This document shows positions 30,156 to 39,770 of a stretch of 64,000 nucleotides of DNA, one piece after another (the first letter of the stretch is position 1; every line of letters begins with the position of its first letter). A model generated the notes under the pieces. It was given only the letters and a program-made list of their open reading frames with translations. It ran no database searches and was not told the origin of the DNA. This DNA comes from an uncultured Caldisericota bacterium (GTDB taxonomy: Bacteria > Caldisericota > Caldisericia > UBA6126): NCBI GenBank assembly GCA_964493625.1, contig CAZBOU010000001.1:10822-74821 (forward strand). Reading direction: 5' to 3'. The translations under genes and the position numbers were made by a program.

Positions 30156-30838
30156 TATCGTCTCCAGCGGTAGCCTACTCCCCAAACTGTTTCAATAAGG
30201 TCTGGCTTGGCAGGGTTGTCTTCAATTTTTCCACGGAGCCTGCGAATGTATACGTCAATGGTTTTTGGTTCAGTAACAACATCATGCCATACTCGATCCA
30301 TGATTTCATCACGGGAAATGGCAATGCCTGCATTTTCCATCAAAAGACTTAAAAGGCGAAATTCTCTTTGCGTTAAATCAACTGCAGAGCCATTTTTGGT
30401 GGCTTCTCTTGTTCGCAGATTGATGGTTATACCATGGGAAGTGGCATAGCCAGCATGGTAGTTATTTCCTTCGGTGGTGCGTTTTAAAATAGCTTTAATT
30501 CTTGCAATCAATTCAAGTGGGTTAAAGGGTTTTATAACGTAATCATCTCCGCCACTTTGAAAGCCATGGATTTTGTCTTGATCCTGTCCTTTAGCTGTAA
30601 GCATGATGATTGGAACGTTAGGGTTGATTTGCCGGATCGCTTCGCAGGTTTCAAAACCATTCATTCCTGGTAGCATTACATCCAAAAGAATAAGATCAAT
30701 AAATTCGTTTTGTATAATTTCCAAACCATCTTCCCCTGAACCAGCTTCAACTACCTCAAAGTCATTCCTTGAAAGATTAATAGCGGTGAACTTACGGATT
30801 GGGACTTCATCTTCAATAACTAAAATTTTTTTGTTCAT
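30155..30838 (-). CDS. OmpR/PhoB family response regulator
   Basis: IEDE, LLDVMLP and KPF, plus winged-helix LTQREF...IETVWGVGY. Confidence 0.95.
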   Translation of the reverse strand: MNKKILVIEDEVPIRKFTAINLSRNDFEVVEAGSGEDGLEIIQNEFIDLILLDVMLPGMNGFETCEAIRQINPNVPIIMLTAKGQDQDKIHGFQSGGDDYVIKPFNPLELIARIKAILKRTTEGNNYHAGYATSHGITINLRTREATKNGSAVDLTQREFRLLSLLMENAGIAISRDEIMDRVWHDVVTEPKTIDVYIRRLRGKIEDNPAKPDLIETVWGVGYRWRR

Positions 30839-30902
30839 TTTCATCCTCGGTAACAAAATTCAATTGATCCAATTTACATTTTTATTATACTAATTCATCG
30901 AT

Positions 30903-31679
30903 ATGAATAAGACAATGCTCATCCAAAATTTTAAGAATATCGAGATAAAGCATCGAGATCAAATTCTTGTAGCTCTTTCATCTATTGGTATCCAACCGAA
31001 ATGTCTACGGTTTTACCATGAGGCCTTTACCCATCGGTCTTTTAAGATCGAAAACGATTGGCCTTATCAAGATAACGAACGACTAGAATTTGTAGGAGAC
31101 TCTATTCTCCAAAGTACAGTTTCTTTGTTCCTTGCTGACCGGCATTACAATGCTACTCAAGGAGAATTAACCGTTCTTCGATCCGTGTTTGTGAAAACAG
31201 AAACTCTCACCACTCTAACTATGAAATATAATTTACACAAAGCTTTCTTGATGTCAAAAGGAGAGCAATCTACTCTAGAAAAGTTTTCTCGGTTATATGA
31301 GAAGGCGCAACCCTATTCACAACGGTATGAACCGTATTGTGGTTTGTTTGAAGCGGTGGTTGCGGCTATTTACTATGATTGTGGCAGTTCCTTTACCACG
31401 AAATGGTTGCATCGGATTTTTTTAGAAGTTGCTCACGATCGAAAAGAAGAAAAATATGTGAAAGACGCCAAAACACTTCTTCAGGAGTTAACTCGAAAGA
31501 TCTATGGCAGTGAACCCGAGTATCAAACTCGTCTGCTACCAGAAAGCCCTAAACTTGGATTTTATGCCATGGTTTTTGTAAATGATAAATATCTGGGCTG
31601 CGGTTATGGGAAATCCAAGAAGGAAGCCCAGAAATGCGCAGCCCAGAGCGTTCTGCAAAAAAAAGAGAAGCTTATTTAG
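30903..31679 (+). CDS. rnc: ribonuclease III
   Basis: AFTHRS, signature NERLEFVGDS, FEAVVAAIYYD, and dsRBD DAKTLLQE...GKSKKEAQ. Confidence 0.92.
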   Translation: MNKTMLIQNFKNIEIKHRDQILVALSSIGIQPKCLRFYHEAFTHRSFKIENDWPYQDNERLEFVGDSILQSTVSLFLADRHYNATQGELTVLRSVFVKTETLTTLTMKYNLHKAFLMSKGEQSTLEKFSRLYEKAQPYSQRYEPYCGLFEAVVAAIYYDCGSSFTTKWLHRIFLEVAHDRKEEKYVKDAKTLLQELTRKIYGSEPEYQTRLLPESPKLGFYAMVFVNDKYLGCGYGKSKKEAQKCAAQSVLQKKEKLI

Positions 31680-32541
31680 ACTCTAAAAGAGTGTTTGGAT
31701 CAAGAATAAAGTTTTGTCCTGAGGGCAAAATGATAACTTTGATATCGTCGGCTAACTTTTCAATCATTGTATACTGAAGGATTTCTGAGCTCAACGATTC
31801 AGAAATCAATCGATTGGATTCTGCTTCACCCTGTGCCCGAGTAATTCTCTGTTCAGCTTTATACTTTTCTTGTTTCACAATTTCTTGCTCTTCCAATGCT
31901 TTTTGAGAAGCAATTTGTTTTAGCTCGATGGCGTTTTCAAATTCACTGCTAAAAGTGATGTTCTCCAGAAGAACGTCTACCACTTCAATAGAGTAGCTTT
32001 CCAAATCATTTTTTAAACGATCTCGTATGGATATGCGAAGCGCTTCTCTACTGGGAGCTACCTCAATTGCTTTGTATTTCACTGTTTCATCTTTCACAAT
32101 TTGAGGAATCTTTGGGAAAATAATTACTTCAAAATATCTAGGACCGATATTTCTGTAAAGATCTTGAATGATATTCGGGGAAACTTTGAAATTTAAGGTT
32201 AAATTCATTGTAATGTTTTGAGTTTCTAGCGAGAAACATTCCAAATTGGTGAAAGTATATTTCTGAATGCGAACGTCTGCAAGCTTCATTTCATTCCAAG
32301 GGGGAATCATTTGCAAGCCTTCTGATTTTTGATCAACAATACCACCAAACTGATAAATGATGCCCACATTGCCCGTTGGAACAATTTTCATAGAGGACCA
32401 TAATGTCACGACAATGAAGATTAAAAGAACAATCCATGGTGTGGATTTTTGGTAGGAATTGACAACCCTGCTTTTTTGATAATAAAGAAGAGAGCCAATG
32501 AAAACTAAAATCAATACGAAACTAAACCCTATATACGTCAT
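31672..32541 (-). CDS. SPFH/prohibitin family membrane protein
   Basis: Two N-terminal TM helices, a band-7 domain, and AIELKQIA...AQGEAES. ATG 32541 with AAGGAG SD. Confidence 0.88.
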   Translation of the reverse strand: MTYIGFSFVLILVFIGSLLYYQKSRVVNSYQKSTPWIVLLIFIVVTLWSSMKIVPTGNVGIIYQFGGIVDQKSEGLQMIPPWNEMKLADVRIQKYTFTNLECFSLETQNITMNLTLNFKVSPNIIQDLYRNIGPRYFEVIIFPKIPQIVKDETVKYKAIEVAPSREALRISIRDRLKNDLESYSIEVVDVLLENITFSSEFENAIELKQIASQKALEEQEIVKQEKYKAEQRITRAQGEAESNRLISESLSSEILQYTMIEKLADDIKVIILPSGQNFILDPNTLLESK

Positions 32542-32554
32542 GTTTACTCCTTTG

Positions 32555-33586
32555 TTATTGAATATAATGTAGCAACAATCGTAGTGTGTGTAACAGTCCT
32601 TCTTGGTGAGTTCTTTCATATCCATGAGAAGAAGATACACCCGGGCCAATAAGTCCATGTTTGATCAGATACCCCGCTCTAAGCGAAGCCTCTACATCGG
32701 AACCATAGTAAGGGAACACATCGGCAGAGTAGGCAATACCATAGTTTTTTGCTATTCGAATAAGGTGGGAAGTTATGCTGTAGTCGTAGGGACCACCACT
32801 ATCTTTAACACAAATAGATACTTTTTCTTCGCTGCCTGTTAAGTCACCACCAACAGCTCCCATGTCAACTGAAATCATTTCTTGGGTGTCGTCTGGAATG
32901 CCAGAGGATCCACCATGACCAACTTCTTCATACGTTGTAAAACAAAGATGAATACGTCGATGAACGGCAGTAGGATTCTCTTGTATCCATTTGGCCAATG
33001 CTAAAAGAATAACAGATCCAGCTTTATCGTCTAAATGCCTACTTTTAATGTAACCAGAATCGGTAATCGTGAATCGTGGGTCAAATGAAATGAAATTGCC
33101 TACTTCTACTCCCTTGTTGATCGCATCTTCTTTGGTTGTAATTCTTTCATCAATAACCACCTCAATATCTTCTTCTTTTTTTTCTTTTGCTACTGATTTT
33201 GAGGTGTGTACCGACGAGTCAGCATACTGAATTGTGCCCTGCAATGTGGCACCGGTGTAGGTGTGTATTGTGCAGTTTTCACCAGATACGGTATTTTCGG
33301 ACCAACCCCCTATTTTGCTAATGCGAAGTCTGCCGTTGGCTTTAATACTTCGTACGATTCCACCAAGGGTATCCAAATGGGCTGCTAAAGTGAGTGGTTG
33401 ATTTGGTGGACCCATGGAACACAGAATCCCATTTTTACAATTCTTTTCAGGAGACCATCCCATTTCTATAAGAAGTTTGCAAACGGTAGTAGATATGGCA
33501 TCTGTATATCCGGTTGGGCTAGGAGTATTGCACAGTTTATTTAAAACATCTAACATCCATTGTGTGTATTCTTCTGAATGTAACAT
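32555..33586 (-). CDS. M42 family metallopeptidase
   Basis: PSPTG, AHLDTLG, HLDDK, YEEVG, VDMG and SHGYERTH. ATG 33586 after GGAGG. Confidence 0.92.
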   Translation of the reverse strand: MLHSEEYTQWMLDVLNKLCNTPSPTGYTDAISTTVCKLLIEMGWSPEKNCKNGILCSMGPPNQPLTLAAHLDTLGGIVRSIKANGRLRISKIGGWSENTVSGENCTIHTYTGATLQGTIQYADSSVHTSKSVAKEKKEEDIEVVIDERITTKEDAINKGVEVGNFISFDPRFTITDSGYIKSRHLDDKAGSVILLALAKWIQENPTAVHRRIHLCFTTYEEVGHGGSSGIPDDTQEMISVDMGAVGGDLTGSEEKVSICVKDSGGPYDYSITSHLIRIAKNYGIAYSADVFPYYGSDVEASLRAGYLIKHGLIGPGVSSSHGYERTHQEGLLHTLRLLLHYIQ

Positions 33587-33679
33587 AAAACCTCCCAACG
33601 ATAACATATGTTTATCATACCAGAAAAACAGTGGATATAAAATGATCTCACGAGAAACTACTGAAAAAAAATACGAATA

Positions 33680-33688
33680 TGGTATACT
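33680..33688 (+). promoter_or_regulatory. extended -10 promoter of rnpB
   Basis: TG-G-TATACT about 7 nt upstream of the P1 helix. Confidence 0.5.
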
Positions 33689-33695
33689 GAGTATC

Positions 33696-34015
33696 ACCTC
33701 GAGTAGGAAAAGCAATTGCTGACAATGTCAGAGGAAAGTCCGGGCTCCATAGAGCAGGGTGCTAACTAACGGTTAGTGGGGGTGACCCTAAGGAAAGTGC
33801 AACAGAAAATACACAGCCTGTTTACAGGTAACGTTGAAATGGCGAGGTAAGAGCTCACCAGCAACCGGGTGACCGGTTGGCTATGTAAACCCCACCTGGA
33901 GCAAGACCAATAACAAACGTTTGTAGGTTGCTCGCTGAGTTTGTAGGTGTGTCGCTTAGATAGATGATTGCTATCCTTTTTGGATACAGAACCTGGCTTA
34001 CTGATTACTCGAGGT
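33696..34015 (+). ncRNA. rnpB: RNase P RNA (A-type-like, apparently lacking P18)
   Basis: GAGGAAAGTCCGGGCTCC, AGTGCAACAGAAA, GGTAAGAGC, TAAACCCCACCTGGAGCAAG and ACAGAACCTGGCTTA. P1 formed by ACCTCGAGTA/TACTCGAGGT. Confidence 0.96.
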
Positions 34016-34037
34016 GGATACTCTAGTAAGGAAGAAG

Positions 34038-34928
34038 ATGATACACCATATACCAGTTTTTGGAAACGATATTGTTCAGTTGCTACAAGTGAAGCATGAC
34101 GCAGTTGTTCTGGACTGTACATGTGGCGAGGGGGGTCATGCAAGTATGATTCTTCCTCATATGCCACATGGTCACTATTATGGCTTTGACAGGGATCCTC
34201 AAGTTCTATCAATTGCCAAGGAAAGACTATCTAAAATAGCCCCTAACTTCACTCTGTTTTTAGCGAATTACACAGATTCTATTCCTCGAATCCAAAACCA
34301 AGAATTCCCTCAACCCAACGTTTTGTTAGCAGATTTGGGAATTTCGATGTTTCAATTAAAAGAATCCCAGAGAGGTTTTAGTTTTTTATCTGACGATCCT
34401 CTTTGTATGAGATTTGATTCAAATGAACAAGAAATGCAAGCCTACGATATTGTGAATCGATATCCTGAAAAAAAATTAGCTGATATTATATATGAATACG
34501 GAGAAGAAAGGGCTTCTCGAAAAATTGCAGCCTACATTGCTCGAAGCCGCCAAAAAAAACACATCGAAACGTGTTCTGAATTGGCTTCCATTGTGGCAAG
34601 AGCAAAAGGCTATCGGAGTCGAAATCGGGGTATTCATCCTGCTACTCAAACCTTTCAAGCTCTTCGTATAGAAACCAATCAAGAAATGAAACATTTGGAA
34701 AAATTGTTACTACATTTGCCAGAAATCATTGCTCAAAAAGGGATTGCAGCTTTTATCTCCTACCACTCCATTGAAGATCGAAAAGTGAAACATTTTTTTC
34801 GAGACTCCCTTTATTTCGAACGATGGAACAAAAAAGTAATAAAACCCTCCGACGAAGAAATACGTCAAAACCTAGCTGCAAGAAGTGCAAAATTACGTAT
34901 AGGAATTCGCAATGAGAGCATTTCGTAG
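34038..34928 (+). CDS. rsmH: 16S rRNA m4C1402 methyltransferase
   Basis: HIPV, DCTCGEGGH, DLGISMFQ, HPATQTFQALRIETN, SYHSIEDR and RSAKLR. Confidence 0.95.
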   Translation: MIHHIPVFGNDIVQLLQVKHDAVVLDCTCGEGGHASMILPHMPHGHYYGFDRDPQVLSIAKERLSKIAPNFTLFLANYTDSIPRIQNQEFPQPNVLLADLGISMFQLKESQRGFSFLSDDPLCMRFDSNEQEMQAYDIVNRYPEKKLADIIYEYGEERASRKIAAYIARSRQKKHIETCSELASIVARAKGYRSRNRGIHPATQTFQALRIETNQEMKHLEKLLLHLPEIIAQKGIAAFISYHSIEDRKVKHFFRDSLYFERWNKKVIKPSDEEIRQNLAARSAKLRIGIRNESIS

Positions 34929-35187
34929 TCTTATTGTTTTGTTTTTTTGTTTGATGTTTGTGGGGATAACACATACATTGTTATGGATGGTAGATAAGAA
35001 GATTGAGAATACACAAAACTTGAATCAAGAATTACGTATTCAGATCAGTGATTTGCAAAAGGAATACGAAAATTATGTCAACGTAAACGTTGTGATAGAA
35101 GAAGCAATGAATCGAAAAACCTTACAAATGATTAAACTTCAAAAAGATCAACAAGTGGAGGTGTTTACTATTGAGTTTTCTGAGTAA
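34912..35187 (+). CDS. FtsL-like cell division protein
   Basis: Single TM helix plus coiled coil, located between rsmH and the PBP gene. Confidence 0.65.
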   Translation: MRAFRSLIVLFFCLMFVGITHTLLWMVDKKIENTQNLNQELRIQISDLQKEYENYVNVNVVIEEAMNRKTLQMIKLQKDQQVEVFTIEFSE

Positions 35188-36898
35188 AAGAAAAAAACAT
35201 CGTATCGGCAGTATCCAATTTTTAGGATTTGTTATGGCTCTTTTCTTGCTACTTGTTTCCGGATGTCTTTTTTGGAGGGGATTTTTTGATGACAGAGTTG
35301 CCGCTCTTAAGTATTATCCCTCAAGCACTCCAGATGTTATATTGCCCATGAGAGGAAAAATACTGGATCGCAATGGAAAAATACTCGCCGAAAGCAAAGA
35401 AGCTTTTAACCTCCAATGCAACCGTCATCAGATGGAGAATCCTGAGCTGTTTATGAACCAAATTGGACCCATCTTAAATATCGATGAACAAGTTCTTCTA
35501 GAGGACTACCAAGAAAGAATCAAAGACCCGGAAGTGGTTTGTGTCATGATTTCAAAGAAACTAACAGAAAATCAAAAAGAAAGAATACAAAAGCTAGTAC
35601 AAGATTCCCCTATCTGCAACTATGAATTTGTTACAGATCAAAAAAGAACCTACCCAAAAAGAACATTAGCCGCTTCTTTAATCGGATATGTGGGCGATGA
35701 CAATTATGGATTAAGTGGCATTGAAAATGCCTATAACAGTTTGTTGTCGGGTATTCCAGGTAACAAAATCTACAACCGAACCTTCAGCGGAAACAAAGTC
35801 CCAGGATCTGAAGAACTTTTGAGTGTACCCGAGAATGGGAAAAACTTGATTTTAACTATTGATGAAAAGATCCAGTCCAAAGTGGAATCCATTCTAGAGT
35901 TACACACGGAAAAGGCCAATGCTAAAGGAGGGGTGGCGATCGTTATCAATCCCGAGAATGGAGAAATCATAGCGATGGCTTCTTATCCATCGTTTGATTT
36001 AAACATGGGGCATGAGTATATTCAGCAGGTAGCATACTCCAACAAAGCAGTTGCCATGAATTATGAACCAGGTTCTGTTTTCAAGTCAGTCACTGCCTCG
36101 GCAGCACTAGATTTAGGCTTTATAACACCAGAAGATACCTATACGTGTGAAGGACAGATATGGGTTGAAAACAAGCAAATCCAGTGCATCATACCACACG
36201 GAACCCAAAAACTGGCAAGTTACATACGAAATTCTTGCAATGTGGTTTTTGCTCAGATTGGACAAAAAATGGGTACTCATTTGTTGGATTTTGTGGAAAC
36301 TTTTAACTTTGGATCTCGATTGCCCTTTCCACTAGCGGAACAGGATGCTGGTATTCTTCCGGTTCGGGAGTGGTATTCTGATCTTGAGGCAGCAAATATC
36401 TCGTTTGGGACATCCATTTCTGTGACCCCCTTGCAAATGATTTATGCATATGCAGCCATCATTAATGGGGGAGACTATTTAAAACCTATTATAGTGAAGG
36501 AAGTACAGGATTTTGCAGGAAAAACAATACAGACATTTGAAAAGGAAGTTTTAAAAAAAGTAATCTCGGAAGAAACATCTTCTACTATGGTTGCGGTGCT
36601 GCAGAATGTTGTTCAAGATCCATACGGATGCTCGCAAGCAAAAATTCCTGGAGTGCCGGTTGGCGGAAAAACAGGAACATCCTACAAAAGTTTTCAAGGT
36701 AAGTATCAAGATGATAAGGTCATTTGTTCTTTCGTAGGTTTTTTTCCTGCTGATGCTCCTCGTTATCTTGTTTTAGTTTCTATTGATGAACCTTATCCAA
36801 GTTACAACGCCTACGGTTCTACAATTGCAGCTCCTGTTTTTAAAGATATTGCTGAGTGGATTCTTCGAATAGAGGATCGATCAAATGCTTTTGAGTAA
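35171..36898 (+). CDS. class B penicillin-binding protein (FtsI/SpoVD-like)
   Basis: RGKILDRNG, SVFK (SxxK), SCN (SxN) and KTGT. Confidence 0.93.
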   Translation: MSFLSKRKKHRIGSIQFLGFVMALFLLLVSGCLFWRGFFDDRVAALKYYPSSTPDVILPMRGKILDRNGKILAESKEAFNLQCNRHQMENPELFMNQIGPILNIDEQVLLEDYQERIKDPEVVCVMISKKLTENQKERIQKLVQDSPICNYEFVTDQKRTYPKRTLAASLIGYVGDDNYGLSGIENAYNSLLSGIPGNKIYNRTFSGNKVPGSEELLSVPENGKNLILTIDEKIQSKVESILELHTEKANAKGGVAIVINPENGEIIAMASYPSFDLNMGHEYIQQVAYSNKAVAMNYEPGSVFKSVTASAALDLGFITPEDTYTCEGQIWVENKQIQCIIPHGTQKLASYIRNSCNVVFAQIGQKMGTHLLDFVETFNFGSRLPFPLAEQDAGILPVREWYSDLEAANISFGTSISVTPLQMIYAYAAIINGGDYLKPIIVKEVQDFAGKTIQTFEKEVLKKVISEETSSTMVAVLQNVVQDPYGCSQAKIPGVPVGGKTGTSYKSFQGKYQDDKVICSFVGFFPADAPRYLVLVSIDEPYPSYNAYGSTIAAPVFKDIAEWILRIEDRSNAFE

Positions 36899-38426
36899 GA
36901 TCGAAACGATTCTGCCATGTAAAAAAAAAAGACTTTGCAAAGACTTTGCCATACATGAAATACAAAGGGATTCTCGATGGGTGGTTGAAGGCGATATTTT
37001 TGTATCCATTATGGGAACACAAACGGATGGACACCATTACATAGAGTCGGCCATAAAAAATGGTGCTATAGGAATTGTATTGTCCGATGAGTACGATGTT
37101 TCTACTCTCCCAAAGCATCTGTCATACTGGACAGTTTCTTCTCCTGCCCAGGCTTGGAGTTTATTATCACAAGCTTGGTTTCAGTATCCTGCCTCTCAAT
37201 TAAAGATGATTGCTATAACAGGTACATCAGGAAAGACAACGACGGCACATATACTCTATAAAATGTTCCTCAATATGGGACAAAAGGCAGTTTTAATTGG
37301 AACAGGGGGTGTTTTTATAGACGATCAACCCATGAACTATACTATGAAGGGGGCTGTTACAACCCCTGACCCAAAGGAATTACACTATATACTATCTAAG
37401 GCGATAGAAAAAGGGTGTTGTTATGGTGTAGTCGAAGCTAGCTCTCATGGTTTGTCGCAAGATCGTCTTTTTGGAGTGGCTTTGGATGCCGTTTTTTTTG
37501 TATCCCTTTCACCTTGTCACCATATCGAATATCATCAATCCGAAGAAGAATACATCCATGCAAAAGAAAGGATTTTTTCAACCGTAAAACCTGAAGGCAT
37601 TGTTGTAATCAACAAAGACGCAGAACTATATCAGAAAATGACTATTCCAAATTCTTCCTCCTATATCACAATTTCTTTTTCAAAAGATGCTGATTATCAG
37701 TTGTTGCCAATTAGTTTGCACCATGATTCTTTACAGAACCCCTTGAAACGTTTTGCTTTGCAGGGGAAAAGTCAATGTTATCATCTTTCTACAAGGCTAC
37801 CCGGAGACTTTCAAATATACAATATTGGAGCTGCTTTTTTGATTGGAACACATTTTGGTTTTGAATCGGATCGATTGAAAGATGCTTTGCAGAGTATTCA
37901 TCAGATACCTGGGCGATGGCATGTAATTCCTACTTTGTTACCAATTACTGTTGTCATCGATAAGGCCAATGTGCTTCTAGCTCTTCGAGCAATTCATAAA
38001 CAAATTGAAAGCAGTCCCTATACAAAGAGGATTTTGGTTTTTGGCAATGTAGGAGGAGGGCAGAAATCTTCCAGAGCGGATATTGGTAAGTTTTTTTGTT
38101 CGTTTTTTGATGAAATAGTTTTAACACTGGACGATCCTGAAACAGAAGATCCTGTTCTAGGCTTTTGCCACTTCATGTCATCCCTAACAAAAGAAGAAGC
38201 CGAAAAGGTTTGCATCATAGAAGATCGTAAAAAAGCGATTCAGAAATCTATTGATTTAGCTCCCAAAGGGTCTATTGTTGCAATTTTAGGAAGAGGGAAT
38301 CAAAAAGAATTCCTAGTGCAAGGATCTGTACAAATATTTGATGATGTTGAAACAACAAAACAGATTGTTCACGATAAGGAGAGCCATGTTTCTTGTGACA
38401 AACCACACATTGACGAAAATAACTAA
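36885..38426 (+). CDS. murE: MurE-like Mur ligase (third residue), divergent specificity motifs
   Basis: DSR, DGHHYI, TGTSGKTT, TTPDP and EASSH, in the murE position of the dcw cluster. Confidence 0.82.
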   Translation: MLLSKIETILPCKKKRLCKDFAIHEIQRDSRWVVEGDIFVSIMGTQTDGHHYIESAIKNGAIGIVLSDEYDVSTLPKHLSYWTVSSPAQAWSLLSQAWFQYPASQLKMIAITGTSGKTTTAHILYKMFLNMGQKAVLIGTGGVFIDDQPMNYTMKGAVTTPDPKELHYILSKAIEKGCCYGVVEASSHGLSQDRLFGVALDAVFFVSLSPCHHIEYHQSEEEYIHAKERIFSTVKPEGIVVINKDAELYQKMTIPNSSSYITISFSKDADYQLLPISLHHDSLQNPLKRFALQGKSQCYHLSTRLPGDFQIYNIGAAFLIGTHFGFESDRLKDALQSIHQIPGRWHVIPTLLPITVVIDKANVLLALRAIHKQIESSPYTKRILVFGNVGGGQKSSRADIGKFFCSFFDEIVLTLDDPETEDPVLGFCHFMSSLTKEEAEKVCIIEDRKKAIQKSIDLAPKGSIVAILGRGNQKEFLVQGSVQIFDDVETTKQIVHDKESHVSCDKPHIDENN

Positions 38427-39759
38427 AGGATCTATGGTACATGGAGAAGAAACTCATTTAAATGAATACCCACTTCATCTTGCAATTGATTCTAGAAATG
38501 TGCAGCAAGGGGATGTATTCGTTTGCCTAAAAGGGGAACGAGTGGATGGGCATGAGTATGTAAAACAAGCTCTTGCTAAAGGGGCAAGGGGGATTATTGC
38601 CCAGAAACCTATTCCTTTTGTAGACACCACAGATTCATTTCTCCTTTTAGTGGATGATACTGCTCAAGCTTTATTGGATATTGCTTCGGAGATTACAAAA
38701 AAATACGACTCAATTCTAATCACTGGTTCTGCTGGTAAAACCACCACGAAACAAATTCTTGCAAAACTATTGCCTTCTTCTTATGCTACTTTTGGAAACT
38801 TCAATACTCCTATCGGTCTTCCCGTTGCACTGACGGGTATTCCAATCAATACAAAGTGGATTATTTCTGAGTTAAGTGCTTCCTATCCTGGTGAAATTGA
38901 AACTCTTCTGCCTCTTTTCCCGTCTTCTAAAGGGGCTATCTTAACAGGAATTGGCTATTCTCATGCTGCATTTTTTTCTTCTACAAAAGAAATCTTACGC
39001 ACCAAAAGTTTGATCTTTCAGAATGTATCCAATCCAGAAACCTGTTTTGCAAATGGTCACTTGGGTGGTCTGGAAAAAGACTTAAAAAGGGCTTATCCTC
39101 AAGTTCAATTCTATGGTTTTGATGACAATTTGGATATACCAATATTGATTGATTCTATGAACACAGAAGGAACGACCTTTTCATTTACCATCAACGCAGT
39201 GAGGTATACGTTTACAATTCAATGTTTTGGAAAACACTATGTACTAAATGCCGTCGCTTGTATTTGCTTGACTTTGCAGTTGTATCCCCATCTAGACGAA
39301 ATTGAACTACAGAAAAAGCTACAGGGGTTTTCTCCCGGAAAAGGTAGAGGGCGTTTGATATGCCTTGTGAATGATTGTATTTGTATTGATGAGTCGTACA
39401 ACGCAAATCCTCTATCCATGAAACTGTCATTAGATGCTTTTAGGGCTTTTCCATATTCTTCTAAAGTGTTGATTCTAGGGGATATGTTAGAGCTGGGAAG
39501 TATTTCTGAGAAAGAACATGAAGAGATGGGTAGATTGGCTAAAGGATGCAAAACAAAGAAGGTATTTTATATAGGTCAATGCGGACCCTCTTTTCGAAAT
39601 GGATACGGCGCTTCAGAGGATGTCTCATATTGTGATTCACTGGATCAGCTGTGGAAAGAACTTCAGATCTGGATCAAAAAGGGTACTGTTATTTTTGTAA
39701 AGGCTTCTCATGGAGTAGGTTTACACGCTATTGTTGATAAACTGGAATCAATGGAATAA
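38386..39759 (+). CDS. murF: UDP-MurNAc-tripeptide--D-Ala-D-Ala ligase
   Basis: TGSAGKTTTK, GNFN..IGLP, DESYNANP and GDMLELG. Confidence 0.9.
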   Translation: MFLVTNHTLTKITKGSMVHGEETHLNEYPLHLAIDSRNVQQGDVFVCLKGERVDGHEYVKQALAKGARGIIAQKPIPFVDTTDSFLLLVDDTAQALLDIASEITKKYDSILITGSAGKTTTKQILAKLLPSSYATFGNFNTPIGLPVALTGIPINTKWIISELSASYPGEIETLLPLFPSSKGAILTGIGYSHAAFFSSTKEILRTKSLIFQNVSNPETCFANGHLGGLEKDLKRAYPQVQFYGFDDNLDIPILIDSMNTEGTTFSFTINAVRYTFTIQCFGKHYVLNAVACICLTLQLYPHLDEIELQKKLQGFSPGKGRGRLICLVNDCICIDESYNANPLSMKLSLDAFRAFPYSSKVLILGDMLELGSISEKEHEEMGRLAKGCKTKKVFYIGQCGPSFRNGYGASEDVSYCDSLDQLWKELQIWIKKGTVIFVKASHGVGLHAIVDKLESME

Positions 39760-39770
39760 GAAAGGAAGAC

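Noticed and set aside
32555-33715. Longest-ORF starts in the ORF track (also lpdA, SPFH, purL, kinase, murF, atpA)
   Set aside because: The N-terminal extensions overlap neighbouring genes, promoters or rnpB. Downstream starts fit better, based on SD sequences, translational coupling or family N-termini.
33766-34212. 148-aa minus-strand ORF
   Set aside because: It lies antisense to rnpB and rsmH, has no recognisable motifs, and is explained as a shadow ORF.
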